Below are positions 53,677 through 62,700 of a stretch of 64,000 bases of DNA, one piece after another. Under the pieces are notes generated by a model. That model was not told where the DNA came from. It ran no database searches and worked only from the letters and a program-made list of their open reading frames with translations. Position 1 is the first letter of the stretch. Each line of letters opens with the position of its first letter. Both the position numbers and the translations under genes were made by a program. The stretch is from an uncultured cyanobacterium (lineage in GTDB: Bacteria > Cyanobacteriota > Cyanobacteriia > Leptolyngbyales > Leptolyngbyaceae): contig CAVYAN010000113.1 of the NCBI GenBank assembly GCA_963766075.1, positions 1 through 64,000 of the forward strand, in the 5' to 3' direction.

Positions 53677-54642
53677 ATGACCCAACACACCTTAAAGGCA
53701 ACCTGTGACACCGTACATCTGGGGGGCTTTTCGTCCCAATTACCGCCGGCTTTGGTGGTGGAGTCCGGCGATCGCATTGATGTTCAAACCTTTTCGGGGT
53801 TCCATGTCTGGGAACAGGCCCCTGCCGCCTTTGTACCGCCGGAGTTTCGGGCAATTTGTACGGAATTAAACCGCGATCGCCGGGTTGGCCCAGGTCCTCA
53901 TCTGCTCACGGGACCGATCTTTGTCACGGGGGCAGCACCGGGGGATGTGTTGGAAGTGCAATTGGAGGCGATCGCCCCCAGTTTGCCTATCGGCTTTAAT
54001 GCTATCCGTCCTGGCTGGGGGGCCTTGCCCGCCACCTTTACCCAGGCCGCCCTACGATTTATTCCCCTCGACCTGGAGCAGCAGGTGGCTGAATTTCCTG
54101 CAAACAGTGGGATTAAGATTCCATTGCGCCCATTTTTTGGGATTTTGGGCGTGGCCACTGCCGAAACGGATCGCTCCTCCATTCCCCCTGGTTACTACGG
54201 CGGCAATATTGACAACCGCCACTTGCAGGCCGGATCGCGATTATTCTTGCCCATTTCCCTGCCGGGAGCCCTGTTTTCCATTGGCGATGGTCACGCGGTC
54301 CAGGGTGATGGTGAAGTCGATGTCACAGCAATTGAAACCTCCATGAACGGTACGATTCGCCTGATTGTTCGTCGGGACTTATCCCTCACCATGCCCCTTG
54401 TCGAAACCGCGACCGACATTATTACCCTTGGGTTTGGGCCGACGTTAGACATTGCCCTAGAACAAGCCCTGACCCAAATGATCCATTTCCTTGAGCGATT
54501 CCTCGGCCTCACCGCTGAGGATGCCTATGTTCTCTGTAGTCTTGCGGTTCATTTCCACATCACTCAAGTTGTCAATAGTCCCCAGAAAGGTGTCCATGGC
54601 CTTCTGCCCAAGGCAATTTTGCCTCAGCCGCTGAAACTTTAG
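53677..54642 (+). CDS. Acetamidase/formamidase family protein
   Basis: 'HLLTGPI', 'SIPPGYYGGNIDN', 'GDGHAVQGDGEV..TAIET'. Confidence 0.92.
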   Translation: MTQHTLKATCDTVHLGGFSSQLPPALVVESGDRIDVQTFSGFHVWEQAPAAFVPPEFRAICTELNRDRRVGPGPHLLTGPIFVTGAAPGDVLEVQLEAIAPSLPIGFNAIRPGWGALPATFTQAALRFIPLDLEQQVAEFPANSGIKIPLRPFFGILGVATAETDRSSIPPGYYGGNIDNRHLQAGSRLFLPISLPGALFSIGDGHAVQGDGEVDVTAIETSMNGTIRLIVRRDLSLTMPLVETATDIITLGFGPTLDIALEQALTQMIHFLERFLGLTAEDAYVLCSLAVHFHITQVVNSPQKGVHGLLPKAILPQPLKL

Positions 54643-54731
54643 GGGATGCTTTAGATTTTAGATTTTGGCGTGGGTGGGTGCGGGGCCTCGGCGGTTCAGT
54701 TGGGCTTGGCATAGCAACTGGCACGGTGGCA

Positions 54732-57700
54732 CTAGATCGATAGGCTCAACTGGGAACCCGCATCAGTTTTGAACACTTCAATGCGAGACTGGAAGGCTTC
54801 TCGAAAGTGGGGCACATGGGTGACCGTGAGGATGCAGGCAAAGTCAGCGGCGATCGCATTAATGGCAGCGATAAGGCGATCGCAGCCTTCGGCATCCTGG
54901 GTGCCAAAGCCCTCATCGATAATGAGCAGTTGCAGGGCGGTGCCGGATTGGCGGGCCAGTAATTTGGAGAGGGCTAACCGAATCGCAAAATTGACGCGAA
55001 AGGCTTCTCCGCCGGAATAGGTCTCGTAGGGGCGCGTACCGTTGGCATCGGCAATTAAGATATCGAGGGTTTCAATTGGCTTTGGTGATGTGGATGAATG
55101 GGGTGAGATAGATGATGAATTGGATTTTGATTTTTGGGTGCGTGTGTTGGTGCGTGTGTGAGTTCTTTGTGTAATAAATTGAATGTGCAGTTGGTTATTG
55201 CTTAAACGACTGAGGATATGATTCGTTTCAGATTCTAATTCCGGCAGAACGTTTTCAATCATCAAAGTTTGAATGCCATTTTTTCCAAAGGCGATCGCGA
55301 GTTCTTGGTAAATGCGGTATTGACGATGCGCACTGGCGAGTTGCTTTTCCAGGGTGATCTGCTGAATGCTCAGGCTTTGAAATTGCTGCTGCTGCTGTTG
55401 CAGGCGGCCCAGGTTGGCCAGTTGACTGTCTAGGTGCGATCGCCGCTGCTGGAGGGATTGTTCCAACGCGGGCAAGGTAGCCTGACAGTCTGGCACGGTT
55501 TGCAACTGCTTTAGCAACTCCGCCAACTGCGTCTCGCTCTGCTGGAATTGATGATGGCGTTCCTGGAGTGTCTGCATAATGTGCTGTAGCCGCTGTTGCA
55601 CCTGGGGGTATTGATGCTGGGCCTGCTCCAGTTCTTGATAACGCAGTTGCCACGTCTGGGCTTGGCGCACTGTGATCCGCAAAGCGTGATGTCGATCGGC
55701 ATCATAACCAATGCGCGCGTGCTGCCGATCAAATTCCTTGAATTGGGCCTCGGTTTCGGCATGAAGTTGCTGTGACTGTTGATCGAGATGGGTAATTTGG
55801 GCTTGGAGGTGGGGCAGACGCTGCTCTAGGGCCGCCTGCCGTCGCTGGGCCTGTTTAATCTCGGCCTGTTTAATTTCGGCCCAACGCCAGCGATCCACCA
55901 GTCCTCGGGCTAAGGCGTGATTGCGATCGTCATAGTTTAACTGCTGCAAACTGTGTTCCAGCAGGCGCAATTCCTCCCTTAGTTCCGATTCAAACTCCTG
56001 CGCTTGCAACGTGTGTTCTAGTTTGGCAATCTCGGCTCGGGTGTGTTGCAGGGTTGTTTGCACGCCCGTTGTGACCTGTAACTGTTCCTGTAGTTGTCCT
56101 CGGTGTTCCAGAATTGTGCCGTACTGGGCCAAATCTTGTTCCAGTTCCCAATATTCCTGCCGCAAAATTTGAATTTCCCGTTCGGAGACGGCCAACTGCT
56201 CCCGCACAACCCAAAGTTGATCGAGAATTTCCTGCTGTTCTAGGCGGTGCTTGTCCAGCACCAAATGCCAGTGGTGTTTGTCCAGCGGGCGATCGCACAG
56301 GGGACAGGCGGGATAGGCGATCGGCTCCGCTAGTGGAGAATTCAGAACAGCCAGAGGATGGGTAGTCGCTGTTGGCTCTAGCAAGCCCGCTTCTGAATCA
56401 GCTTCTGGATCAGCGGCGTCTGGTAAGCTTGCTTCGGAAAAGTCCGCAGTGTTGAAGACCCATTCCTCGGCGTCGGCGATCGCCGACGCCATCTCATCAC
56501 TGTGGCCCGCATCCTGATGTTCCAAGCCCTGCCGCAGCAATTGCAATTTCTGTTCAAGTTCACCTAACTGTGTTTCGTACTCGCGCTGGTGCGCCTGCAA
56601 ACGCTCCATAAAGCTGCGGCGTTCCAACCCTTTTTCCCGCACCCGCTGCTGATAAATGCGCTGCTTTTCCAGGGCCTCAAGGCGATCGCAAATGTCTTGG
56701 GCGGCCTCGGTTAGCTGGGGTTGGCGGGCTTGCTGTGCTTCTAGACCCTGGGCTGTGGCCTGTAGTTCCTCCAAGCGCGCCGATAGACGAGCGGTGGCGC
56801 GGTCCAGTTGGGTATGGATCTGCTGTTGGCGTTGCAGGAGGGGAGCCACCTGGGTTTGCAATTGATCGAGATGGCTGAGGGTGAGGCGGGCTTGGTGCAG
56901 TTCTTGGAGGGCAGCAGCCACTTCGGGAGATTTTTGGAGGATTGCTTGAATTTCGGCTTCCTGCTGGCGGAGTCCGGTCAGTTCTGTTTGTAACTGCTGC
57001 CGCTGAATTTGCAGGGCGGAAATGTGCTCGGATTGCTGGTGTTGGTATTGCTGGCGCTGGGCCTGGAGGGTTTGACTGGCCTGCTGGCGGGTGGATAAAC
57101 GCTCTTCTTCGCGGTGCAGATCTTGTAAATGGGCGTAGCCTGTGGCGATCGCGTCGGCTTGATTGAGCAGTGTTTCCAGAGTGCTCAACTGCTGCTGTAG
57201 AGTGGCTAGATCTTGACGCAATCGCTGACAGTCATGATGAAGATTTTGGTGTTGCTGCTGTTGCCAAGCCAGTTGTTTTTCCCAAATCTGGCGTTGTTGA
57301 TGCTGCATTTGCATCTGCTGCAGATGCAGATGATCGCGTTCCATCTGGGCTTGAATTTCAGCGATCGTAGCTTCCAGCTCAGCGTGTTCCTGTAGGGTTT
57401 GTACGCGCGGTTGCAACTGAGCCTGAATGCTGGCTAGGTGCTGTTCCGTACTGTCGATGTGCCCTTTGATCTGGCGAGCCTGTTCCTTTGCCCGCTCCGC
57501 CAGCAGATCGTACTGTGACAGTTTCAGCAAATCTGCTAATACTTGTTTGCGATCGCCCGGTCGCTTCACCATGAATTCGTCCGCTCGTCCCTGCCGTAAA
57601 TAGGCCGAGTTGACAAAAGTCTCATAGTCTAGCTTGATATGCTCGACAATTAACTGCTGGGTGGCACGCACGCCCTTGCCGGTAATCGAACGAAAGGTCC

Positions 57701-58046
57701 ACGCCTCGGGACTCCTGTCGTGGACCTTTCCGTCTGGCAGACCTACGGCGACCTGCAATTCCAGAAGCATGCCTTGTCCCCGCGTGCGACTGCGGATAAT
57801 CCGATAGACTTGCTGATGGCTGACAAAGACAAAATCGACCAAGGCTTCGCCCGTGCCCATGTGGATGACATCATCCTCCGTGGCAGCTCGGCTTTGGCCC
57901 CAGAGTGCCCAGGCGATCGCTTCCAGCAGGGACGATTTACCGGCCCCGTTGGCCCCGCAAATGCAGGCTGTGTGTAGCCCCTGAAAATTTAGGGTGGCCT
58001 CCCGATAGCTCAGGAAATTCCTTAGGGTTAGGTGTTGAGGAATCAT
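54732..58046 (-). CDS. sbcC: SbcC (Rad50-like SMC ATPase)
   Basis: Walker A 'GANGAGKSS', Q-loop, coiled coils, Zn hook 'CPLC', signature 'YSGGE', 'IIDEGFGTQD'. Confidence 0.93.
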   Translation of the reverse strand: MIPQHLTLRNFLSYREATLNFQGLHTACICGANGAGKSSLLEAIAWALWGQSRAATEDDVIHMGTGEALVDFVFVSHQQVYRIIRSRTRGQGMLLELQVAVGLPDGKVHDRSPEAWTFRSITGKGVRATQQLIVEHIKLDYETFVNSAYLRQGRADEFMVKRPGDRKQVLADLLKLSQYDLLAERAKEQARQIKGHIDSTEQHLASIQAQLQPRVQTLQEHAELEATIAEIQAQMERDHLHLQQMQMQHQQRQIWEKQLAWQQQQHQNLHHDCQRLRQDLATLQQQLSTLETLLNQADAIATGYAHLQDLHREEERLSTRQQASQTLQAQRQQYQHQQSEHISALQIQRQQLQTELTGLRQQEAEIQAILQKSPEVAAALQELHQARLTLSHLDQLQTQVAPLLQRQQQIHTQLDRATARLSARLEELQATAQGLEAQQARQPQLTEAAQDICDRLEALEKQRIYQQRVREKGLERRSFMERLQAHQREYETQLGELEQKLQLLRQGLEHQDAGHSDEMASAIADAEEWVFNTADFSEASLPDAADPEADSEAGLLEPTATTHPLAVLNSPLAEPIAYPACPLCDRPLDKHHWHLVLDKHRLEQQEILDQLWVVREQLAVSEREIQILRQEYWELEQDLAQYGTILEHRGQLQEQLQVTTGVQTTLQHTRAEIAKLEHTLQAQEFESELREELRLLEHSLQQLNYDDRNHALARGLVDRWRWAEIKQAEIKQAQRRQAALEQRLPHLQAQITHLDQQSQQLHAETEAQFKEFDRQHARIGYDADRHHALRITVRQAQTWQLRYQELEQAQHQYPQVQQRLQHIMQTLQERHHQFQQSETQLAELLKQLQTVPDCQATLPALEQSLQQRRSHLDSQLANLGRLQQQQQQFQSLSIQQITLEKQLASAHRQYRIYQELAIAFGKNGIQTLMIENVLPELESETNHILSRLSNNQLHIQFITQRTHTRTNTRTQKSKSNSSSISPHSSTSPKPIETLDILIADANGTRPYETYSGGEAFRVNFAIRLALSKLLARQSGTALQLLIIDEGFGTQDAEGCDRLIAAINAIAADFACILTVTHVPHFREAFQSRIEVFKTDAGSQLSLSI

Positions 58047-58107
58047 GCAGGCATAGAAAGCGCGCGAAACCCGTGCTTCCATTCCAGCTTAGCAGTACAA
58101 ACGCCCT

Positions 58108-58932
58108 TCAGTACGGACGAACTGCGGTAAATTTTGCCACCGGGCAAAGGGGTTGGCTGCGGTTGGCTGCACCGTTGGCGGGTGGGATATTGCCCTGTAA
58201 GCAACTGCGAATGCCGGCAGCCCAAGCCTGAAGCGCCTGGGAATAGGCGGCGCGGGCCTGCTGTTGCTGGGAAGAGAGGATGGGCAGCGATCGCGGACCT
58301 GGGGAAGACATCCCGGTGATCGTAACAACTGAAGCGGCCCCAGTCGGCGTGGTTATGCTGGGAGTCGGCGTGGCTAGGCTGGGAGTCGTTAGGCTGGGAG
58401 CCGCTATAGTTGAGGTGCCTAGGGTCGAGGCTATTTCGGGTGCTGGGATTGGGGGAGTTGTAGCGGGCTGATCGGCGGGCCGGGGCGGAAGGTCGGGAAC
58501 ACGCACCACGGGGATTAAGCGTTGACGGGATGCTGCTGGGGTGGGTGCTGTCCGACTGACGGACCTTTCTGATTGTGCCGACCAGTCGGGTGTCGGAAAG
58601 TCCGTTGCTTGGAGTTCTAGGGCAGGCTCCGTTGTCACAGCGGGAGATCCAGGGCCGGAGGCATCGGTGCTGGCGATACGGGGGGGATTGGGGCGGGTGA
58701 TGCGGGAGGTATCGGGCTGGGGCTGCCGCTCTGGTTGGGCAATGGCGATCAGGGGCGGTGGCAGTACGGCAGTGACAGCAGCGATCGCCTGATCTTCGAG
58801 GGTAGCGACGTTTTGGCTCAGGGATGCCATTGTGGAGTCTGGATTGAGTGCTGTTGCTGTGGCGGCGTGGTGACATTCGCCCACGGCCCAGAGAGAAAAC
58901 GTGCAAACCGCCAGCTTCTTTGAGGCATGCAT
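58108..58932 (-). CDS. Hypothetical Pro/Thr-rich protein, probably exported
   Basis: 274 aa low-complexity ORF with a short helical, two-Cys C-terminal domain. Confidence 0.55.
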   Translation of the reverse strand: MHASKKLAVCTFSLWAVGECHHAATATALNPDSTMASLSQNVATLEDQAIAAVTAVLPPPLIAIAQPERQPQPDTSRITRPNPPRIASTDASGPGSPAVTTEPALELQATDFPTPDWSAQSERSVSRTAPTPAASRQRLIPVVRVPDLPPRPADQPATTPPIPAPEIASTLGTSTIAAPSLTTPSLATPTPSITTPTGAASVVTITGMSSPGPRSLPILSSQQQQARAAYSQALQAWAAGIRSCLQGNIPPANGAANRSQPLCPVAKFTAVRPY

Positions 58933-59053
58933 GCCGAAACCATCCCGTTGTGATCAGAATTTTCCTGGCTTTACATCTTGAGATCGCGGCGATCCGGACA
59001 ATTTCATCCCAAGTTACAAAGTTTTCTGATTTTTTCTGATTTCTGCGCCGGAC

Positions 59054-59636
59054 TTATAGTCCGGCGGTTGTCGAAGGGGCGTCTAGATCATCCACGGTGG
59101 TGCGGTAAAAGGTTAAGGCCGTGTTGCCGTAGACCTTCTGCCGACAGATTTCCAGCGGCGGGGGCGCGGGCAGCGATCGCTGATTAAACCGATGTTCAGC
59201 GGCGAGTTCGCCCGCTGGTGCTAACAGGTGTAATTGGGCGATGGCTTCCAGCACTGGTTGATACAAGCCACTGCCGTAGGGCGGATCCAGATAAATGCGG
59301 TCAAACTGCTGTCCTGTCAAGGTTTTGAGCCTTTTGTAAAATCTCCCCCTTGAGAATTTGGGTCTGCTGCTCCGGACGGCTCACCTGCTGCCAATTGTCC
59401 CGAATCACCGCACAGGCTTTGGGCGATTGCTCAATGGCTACCACATGACGGGCTCCCCGACAGAGGGCCTCTGCTCCCATGGATCCACTACCCGCACACA
59501 AATCGAGCCAGCGACAGCCGGAAATTTCTCCCTGCCAAATGTTAAAAAGTGCCTGCCGCACCCGCGCCAAAGTTGGGCGGGTGTCTTCTCCAGGCAGGGT
59601 TTTCAGCAAGCGATTGCCATAAATTCGCAGGCTCAT
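59054..59636 (-). CDS. rsmD: 16S rRNA m2G966 methyltransferase RsmD; +1 frameshift at ~59330
   Basis: 'TRPT..VRQALFNI', 'LDLCAGSGSMGAEAL', then 'FDRIYLDPPY' in the next frame. Confidence 0.9.
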
Positions 59637-60298
59637 CGCGCGGCCCTAAACCCTGGACCAGCCAGACTGGATTGGGCCTGCGTCACAAGCTGGACAAAAT
59701 TGGCCAAGATGCGTAGCCCAGAATCTGCGGACTTTTCGGGATGGAACTGGACGCCCATGAGGTTATCCTGGGCGATCGCCACCGTCACTGTCTGACTCCC
59801 GTGGGTAATCATGCCGGCCCGCAACCGGTCCTCTGTCGGATCGACGTAATAGGAATGGACAAAATATAACCATGGATGGGCAGGCAACTGTTGCCAAAGG
59901 CCACAGTCCGGCTGAACGATTTGCAATTGGTGCCAGCCCATATTCGGAATTGTAATTCCCGGTTCTGGGCGAAACCGGCGCACTACCCCTGGCACAATTC
60001 CCAGGCCCGGATCCCGTCCTTCCTCCCCGGATTCAAACAGAGCTTGCAGCCCCATGCAAATGCCTAAAAAGGGTTTACCACTGGCAATGACTTGTTTAAT
60101 GGGGGTTTCCAGGTGGCGGGCGCGAATGCCCTGAAGTGTGGGATCCCACGCTCCCACTCCTGGCAAAACCACGCCATCGGCCTGCGCCAGTTCACGAGCT
60201 GAGTCAGTCACATGAGGAATTGCACCGGCTTTTTCCAGGGCCTTACAGGCCGAGTGCAAGTTGCCCGCGTCATAGTCAATTACAGCGATTTTTACCAT
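59633..60298 (-). CDS. hisH: Imidazole glycerol phosphate synthase glutaminase subunit
   Basis: 'DYDAGNLHS', 'LPGVG', 'LGICMG', 'YFVHSY', 'QFHPEKS'. Confidence 0.96.
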   Translation of the reverse strand: MVKIAVIDYDAGNLHSACKALEKAGAIPHVTDSARELAQADGVVLPGVGAWDPTLQGIRARHLETPIKQVIASGKPFLGICMGLQALFESGEEGRDPGLGIVPGVVRRFRPEPGITIPNMGWHQLQIVQPDCGLWQQLPAHPWLYFVHSYYVDPTEDRLRAGMITHGSQTVTVAIAQDNLMGVQFHPEKSADSGLRILANFVQLVTQAQSSLAGPGFRAAR

Positions 60299-60399
60299 CC
60301 TGTCTCCCCGTTGCCCCGGAATAGATATTCTCTAGAAGATTGTAGTATGCCTGCTGCATTCGGTTGGCACAGGCAGCGGGCTGGAGGATGAACTAGCAA

Positions 60400-60864
60400 T
60401 CATTCTAGAGACGTTGGGGTGGACTGGGGATGCCGATAGCCGTAGAAATCAATGCGATAGTCTGTGATTTTGACGCCGGTTTGGGCCTCGATTAGCTGAA
60501 TTACGGATTCTGGCAGCTCGACATTCACGTCCAAAATTTGTTGGGTATCTAAGCAATTCACATGGCTATGGGAATCGCTGATATTGCCGTAGAGTCGTCC
60601 GTCCGATCGCTCCAAACACTCGATAATTCCCTGATCGGAGAGAGCTTCCAAATTTTGATAGACAGAGGTGTGCCCAATCTCTTTCCCCTGTTGATTCAGG
60701 CGATCGTAAATGTCCCGCGCCGAGAGGTGTTCGCGCTCTTGCCACAGCAACTCCAGGATAAACCGCCGCTGCCGACTGAGGCGCATGCCCAAATCCTGAC
60801 ACCGCTCCAGCGCATCATCTAGCGATCGAATGGGTTTTGCAGGCGCTTCAGGACCGGTGACCAT
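60400..60864 (-). CDS. furC: Fur family regulator, FurC/PerR type
   Basis: 'MRLSRQRRFIL', 'HLSARDIY', 'GHTSVYQNL', 'SHSHVNCLDT'. Confidence 0.82.
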   Translation of the reverse strand: MVTGPEAPAKPIRSLDDALERCQDLGMRLSRQRRFILELLWQEREHLSARDIYDRLNQQGKEIGHTSVYQNLEALSDQGIIECLERSDGRLYGNISDSHSHVNCLDTQQILDVNVELPESVIQLIEAQTGVKITDYRIDFYGYRHPQSTPTSLE

Positions 60865-61201
60865 AGGAGTAAAGAGATTTAGATTATGAAAAGGTTATTT
60901 GTAGGCTAATGATCTAGAGTACAGTTCTATCACAGGCTAAGACAAAGTCGCTACAAGTTTGGATTAGTCTTTACAAATTGTCTTGACAAATAAGCTGGAT
61001 TGCCCGCCGCTGGATTGCCGGACTCTTCCGAGGCTGGACCCGACAGCAGGATGAAGTCCCAAAGCCGCCGCCGGATTTCTAAGGATGCATGGGCTGGTAA
61101 TCCAAGGGCGAGATCGCAGTGCTTCTTGCCGAGGTTTCTAGCCCTGGTGACCACTTTGTTCCAGAATAGAAAAGCACCGTTCAGCCGAATTTTGAATTGT
61201 T

Positions 61202-61867
61202 ATGCCCCAGCTCTCGCTTTTGACGGTACGCCTCTCATCATTACTCTCTAGTGCGATCGCCTTTGCGGTGATCCCTGGCCTGATGAAACGAGGGCTGCCG
61301 GGACTACGGCTACCAGCTTTTGGGGTCCGCCGCTTATCCTTATTCTTGATTTTGTTGCTGGGTTGTCTGAGTTTGCTGGGCACGCCGATGGCCTGGGCTG
61401 GACTGAACGACGACCGCTTTGACGGAGATATTTTTGCCCTCTATGCGGGCAATGGTTCTCTGGTGCCGCCTAAGGTTTCCCTGGCCCAGGCCCTCACGCG
61501 CGATCGCCCCGCCTTGATGGTGCTGTATGCCGACGACAGCAGCGACTGTAAGCAATTTTCCTCCGTGGTTTCCCAAGTGCAGGCATTCTACGGGCGGGCG
61601 ATCGAAATTCTGCCGGTGCGGGCCGATGGGATTCCGTCCCTGTCCCGCTATGCTCCTAACGAACCGGGTTACTACTTTACGGGGGTTGTGCCCCAAACGG
61701 TGCTGTTTGACGCCCAAGGCCAGGTCGTATTGAACGAGGCCGGGTCGATTCCCTATGAAAAAATTGACGATAAGCTGCGTCAGTTGTTCGACCTGTTGCC
61801 CCGGACTGAATCCGTGGCCCTCCAACGCCGTCAGTTGAATGAATTAACGACGGAACTGCGGAATTAG
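61202..61867 (+). CDS. Thioredoxin-fold thylakoid protein (Slr1796-like PSI accumulation factor); start uncertain
   Basis: 'DDRFDGDIFALYAGNGSLVPP', 'DDSSDCKQF', 'VPQTVLFD', 'LFDLLPR'. Confidence 0.8.
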   Translation: MPQLSLLTVRLSSLLSSAIAFAVIPGLMKRGLPGLRLPAFGVRRLSLFLILLLGCLSLLGTPMAWAGLNDDRFDGDIFALYAGNGSLVPPKVSLAQALTRDRPALMVLYADDSSDCKQFSSVVSQVQAFYGRAIEILPVRADGIPSLSRYAPNEPGYYFTGVVPQTVLFDAQGQVVLNEAGSIPYEKIDDKLRQLFDLLPRTESVALQRRQLNELTTELRN

Positions 61868-61998
61868 CCCGTGGAGGCATAGCGGTGCCGGGGAAATTTT
61901 CTCCCCAGCCCCTTGACTACTCCGGGCCAGACAATCACTATACAGACAGCAGGGTACACCGGCTCAGCCCCGCTTCAGTCGTGTATAGGACTTGCCTG

Positions 61999-62610
61999 AT
62001 GTCACAGGTCTACAGCACAGCGGAACTACTGGTCATTTTGGCAAACGAGCGCAAAGCCTGTATGAATGGGCAACGCCTCAGTCTTGCGGCCAGTCCTACG
62101 GGATTTAGTCCTGTACTGGACCAGTTTCTTTGCACTGACGGCATTCAAAAATTTACGGCCTACAATGATTTTCGGGCCACGATTCATCAGTACCAGCGGG
62201 ATCACCGGGTGTCTGGGTTGGTCTGGCAAACATTGCAGGTGAACGGCCAGACGTTGACCTATCCCAAGGTCCACGAGGATTTAATTGCGCTTCCCAATGA
62301 CTTGGCGGTTATCGGTGCGGCAAAGCCTGAAATTTTTACGTTTTGGCGCACTACGACGACTGGGTTGGACTTTTATCTCAGCTTGACGGGGGGAAAGGTT
62401 CATCAACCGATTAGCGCCAGTGATGTGGAGCGGATTGCCCACCGGACTGCCTGGATGACGCTCTGCGCCCAAGGCCAAGGCGTAACCTTGGAGTTGATTC
62501 TGCAACTGGGCTGGGGCAAGCCGGAGGAATCCACCTATCGGCGAGGATTTCCGGATTCGGGCAGTGAATATGTCCACGCGGTGTATCCCGGCAGGCAGCC
62601 GATTACCTAG
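61999..62610 (+). CDS. Conserved cyanobacterial hypothetical protein
   Basis: 'YSTAELL..ERKACMNG..GIQKFTAY..HRVSGLVW..LGWGKPEE'. Confidence 0.75.
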   Translation: MSQVYSTAELLVILANERKACMNGQRLSLAASPTGFSPVLDQFLCTDGIQKFTAYNDFRATIHQYQRDHRVSGLVWQTLQVNGQTLTYPKVHEDLIALPNDLAVIGAAKPEIFTFWRTTTTGLDFYLSLTGGKVHQPISASDVERIAHRTAWMTLCAQGQGVTLELILQLGWGKPEESTYRRGFPDSGSEYVHAVYPGRQPIT

Positions 62611-62700
62611 AGGTCAGGGCTAAATTACCCAGGTAAAAATTAAAATCCAGAAGTGCAAAATTAAATTCGGCCAGGAGTTTAGAGGCTGCTCGCTGCCCTA

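Noticed and set aside
56310..56525. Intein in SbcC
   Set aside because: No N-terminal Cys/Ser splice block or His-Asn C-terminal motif; too short.
60865..61200. Possible sRNA between furC and the Slr1796-like gene
   Set aside because: No recognisable motif, terminator or strong stem; explained by divergent promoters.
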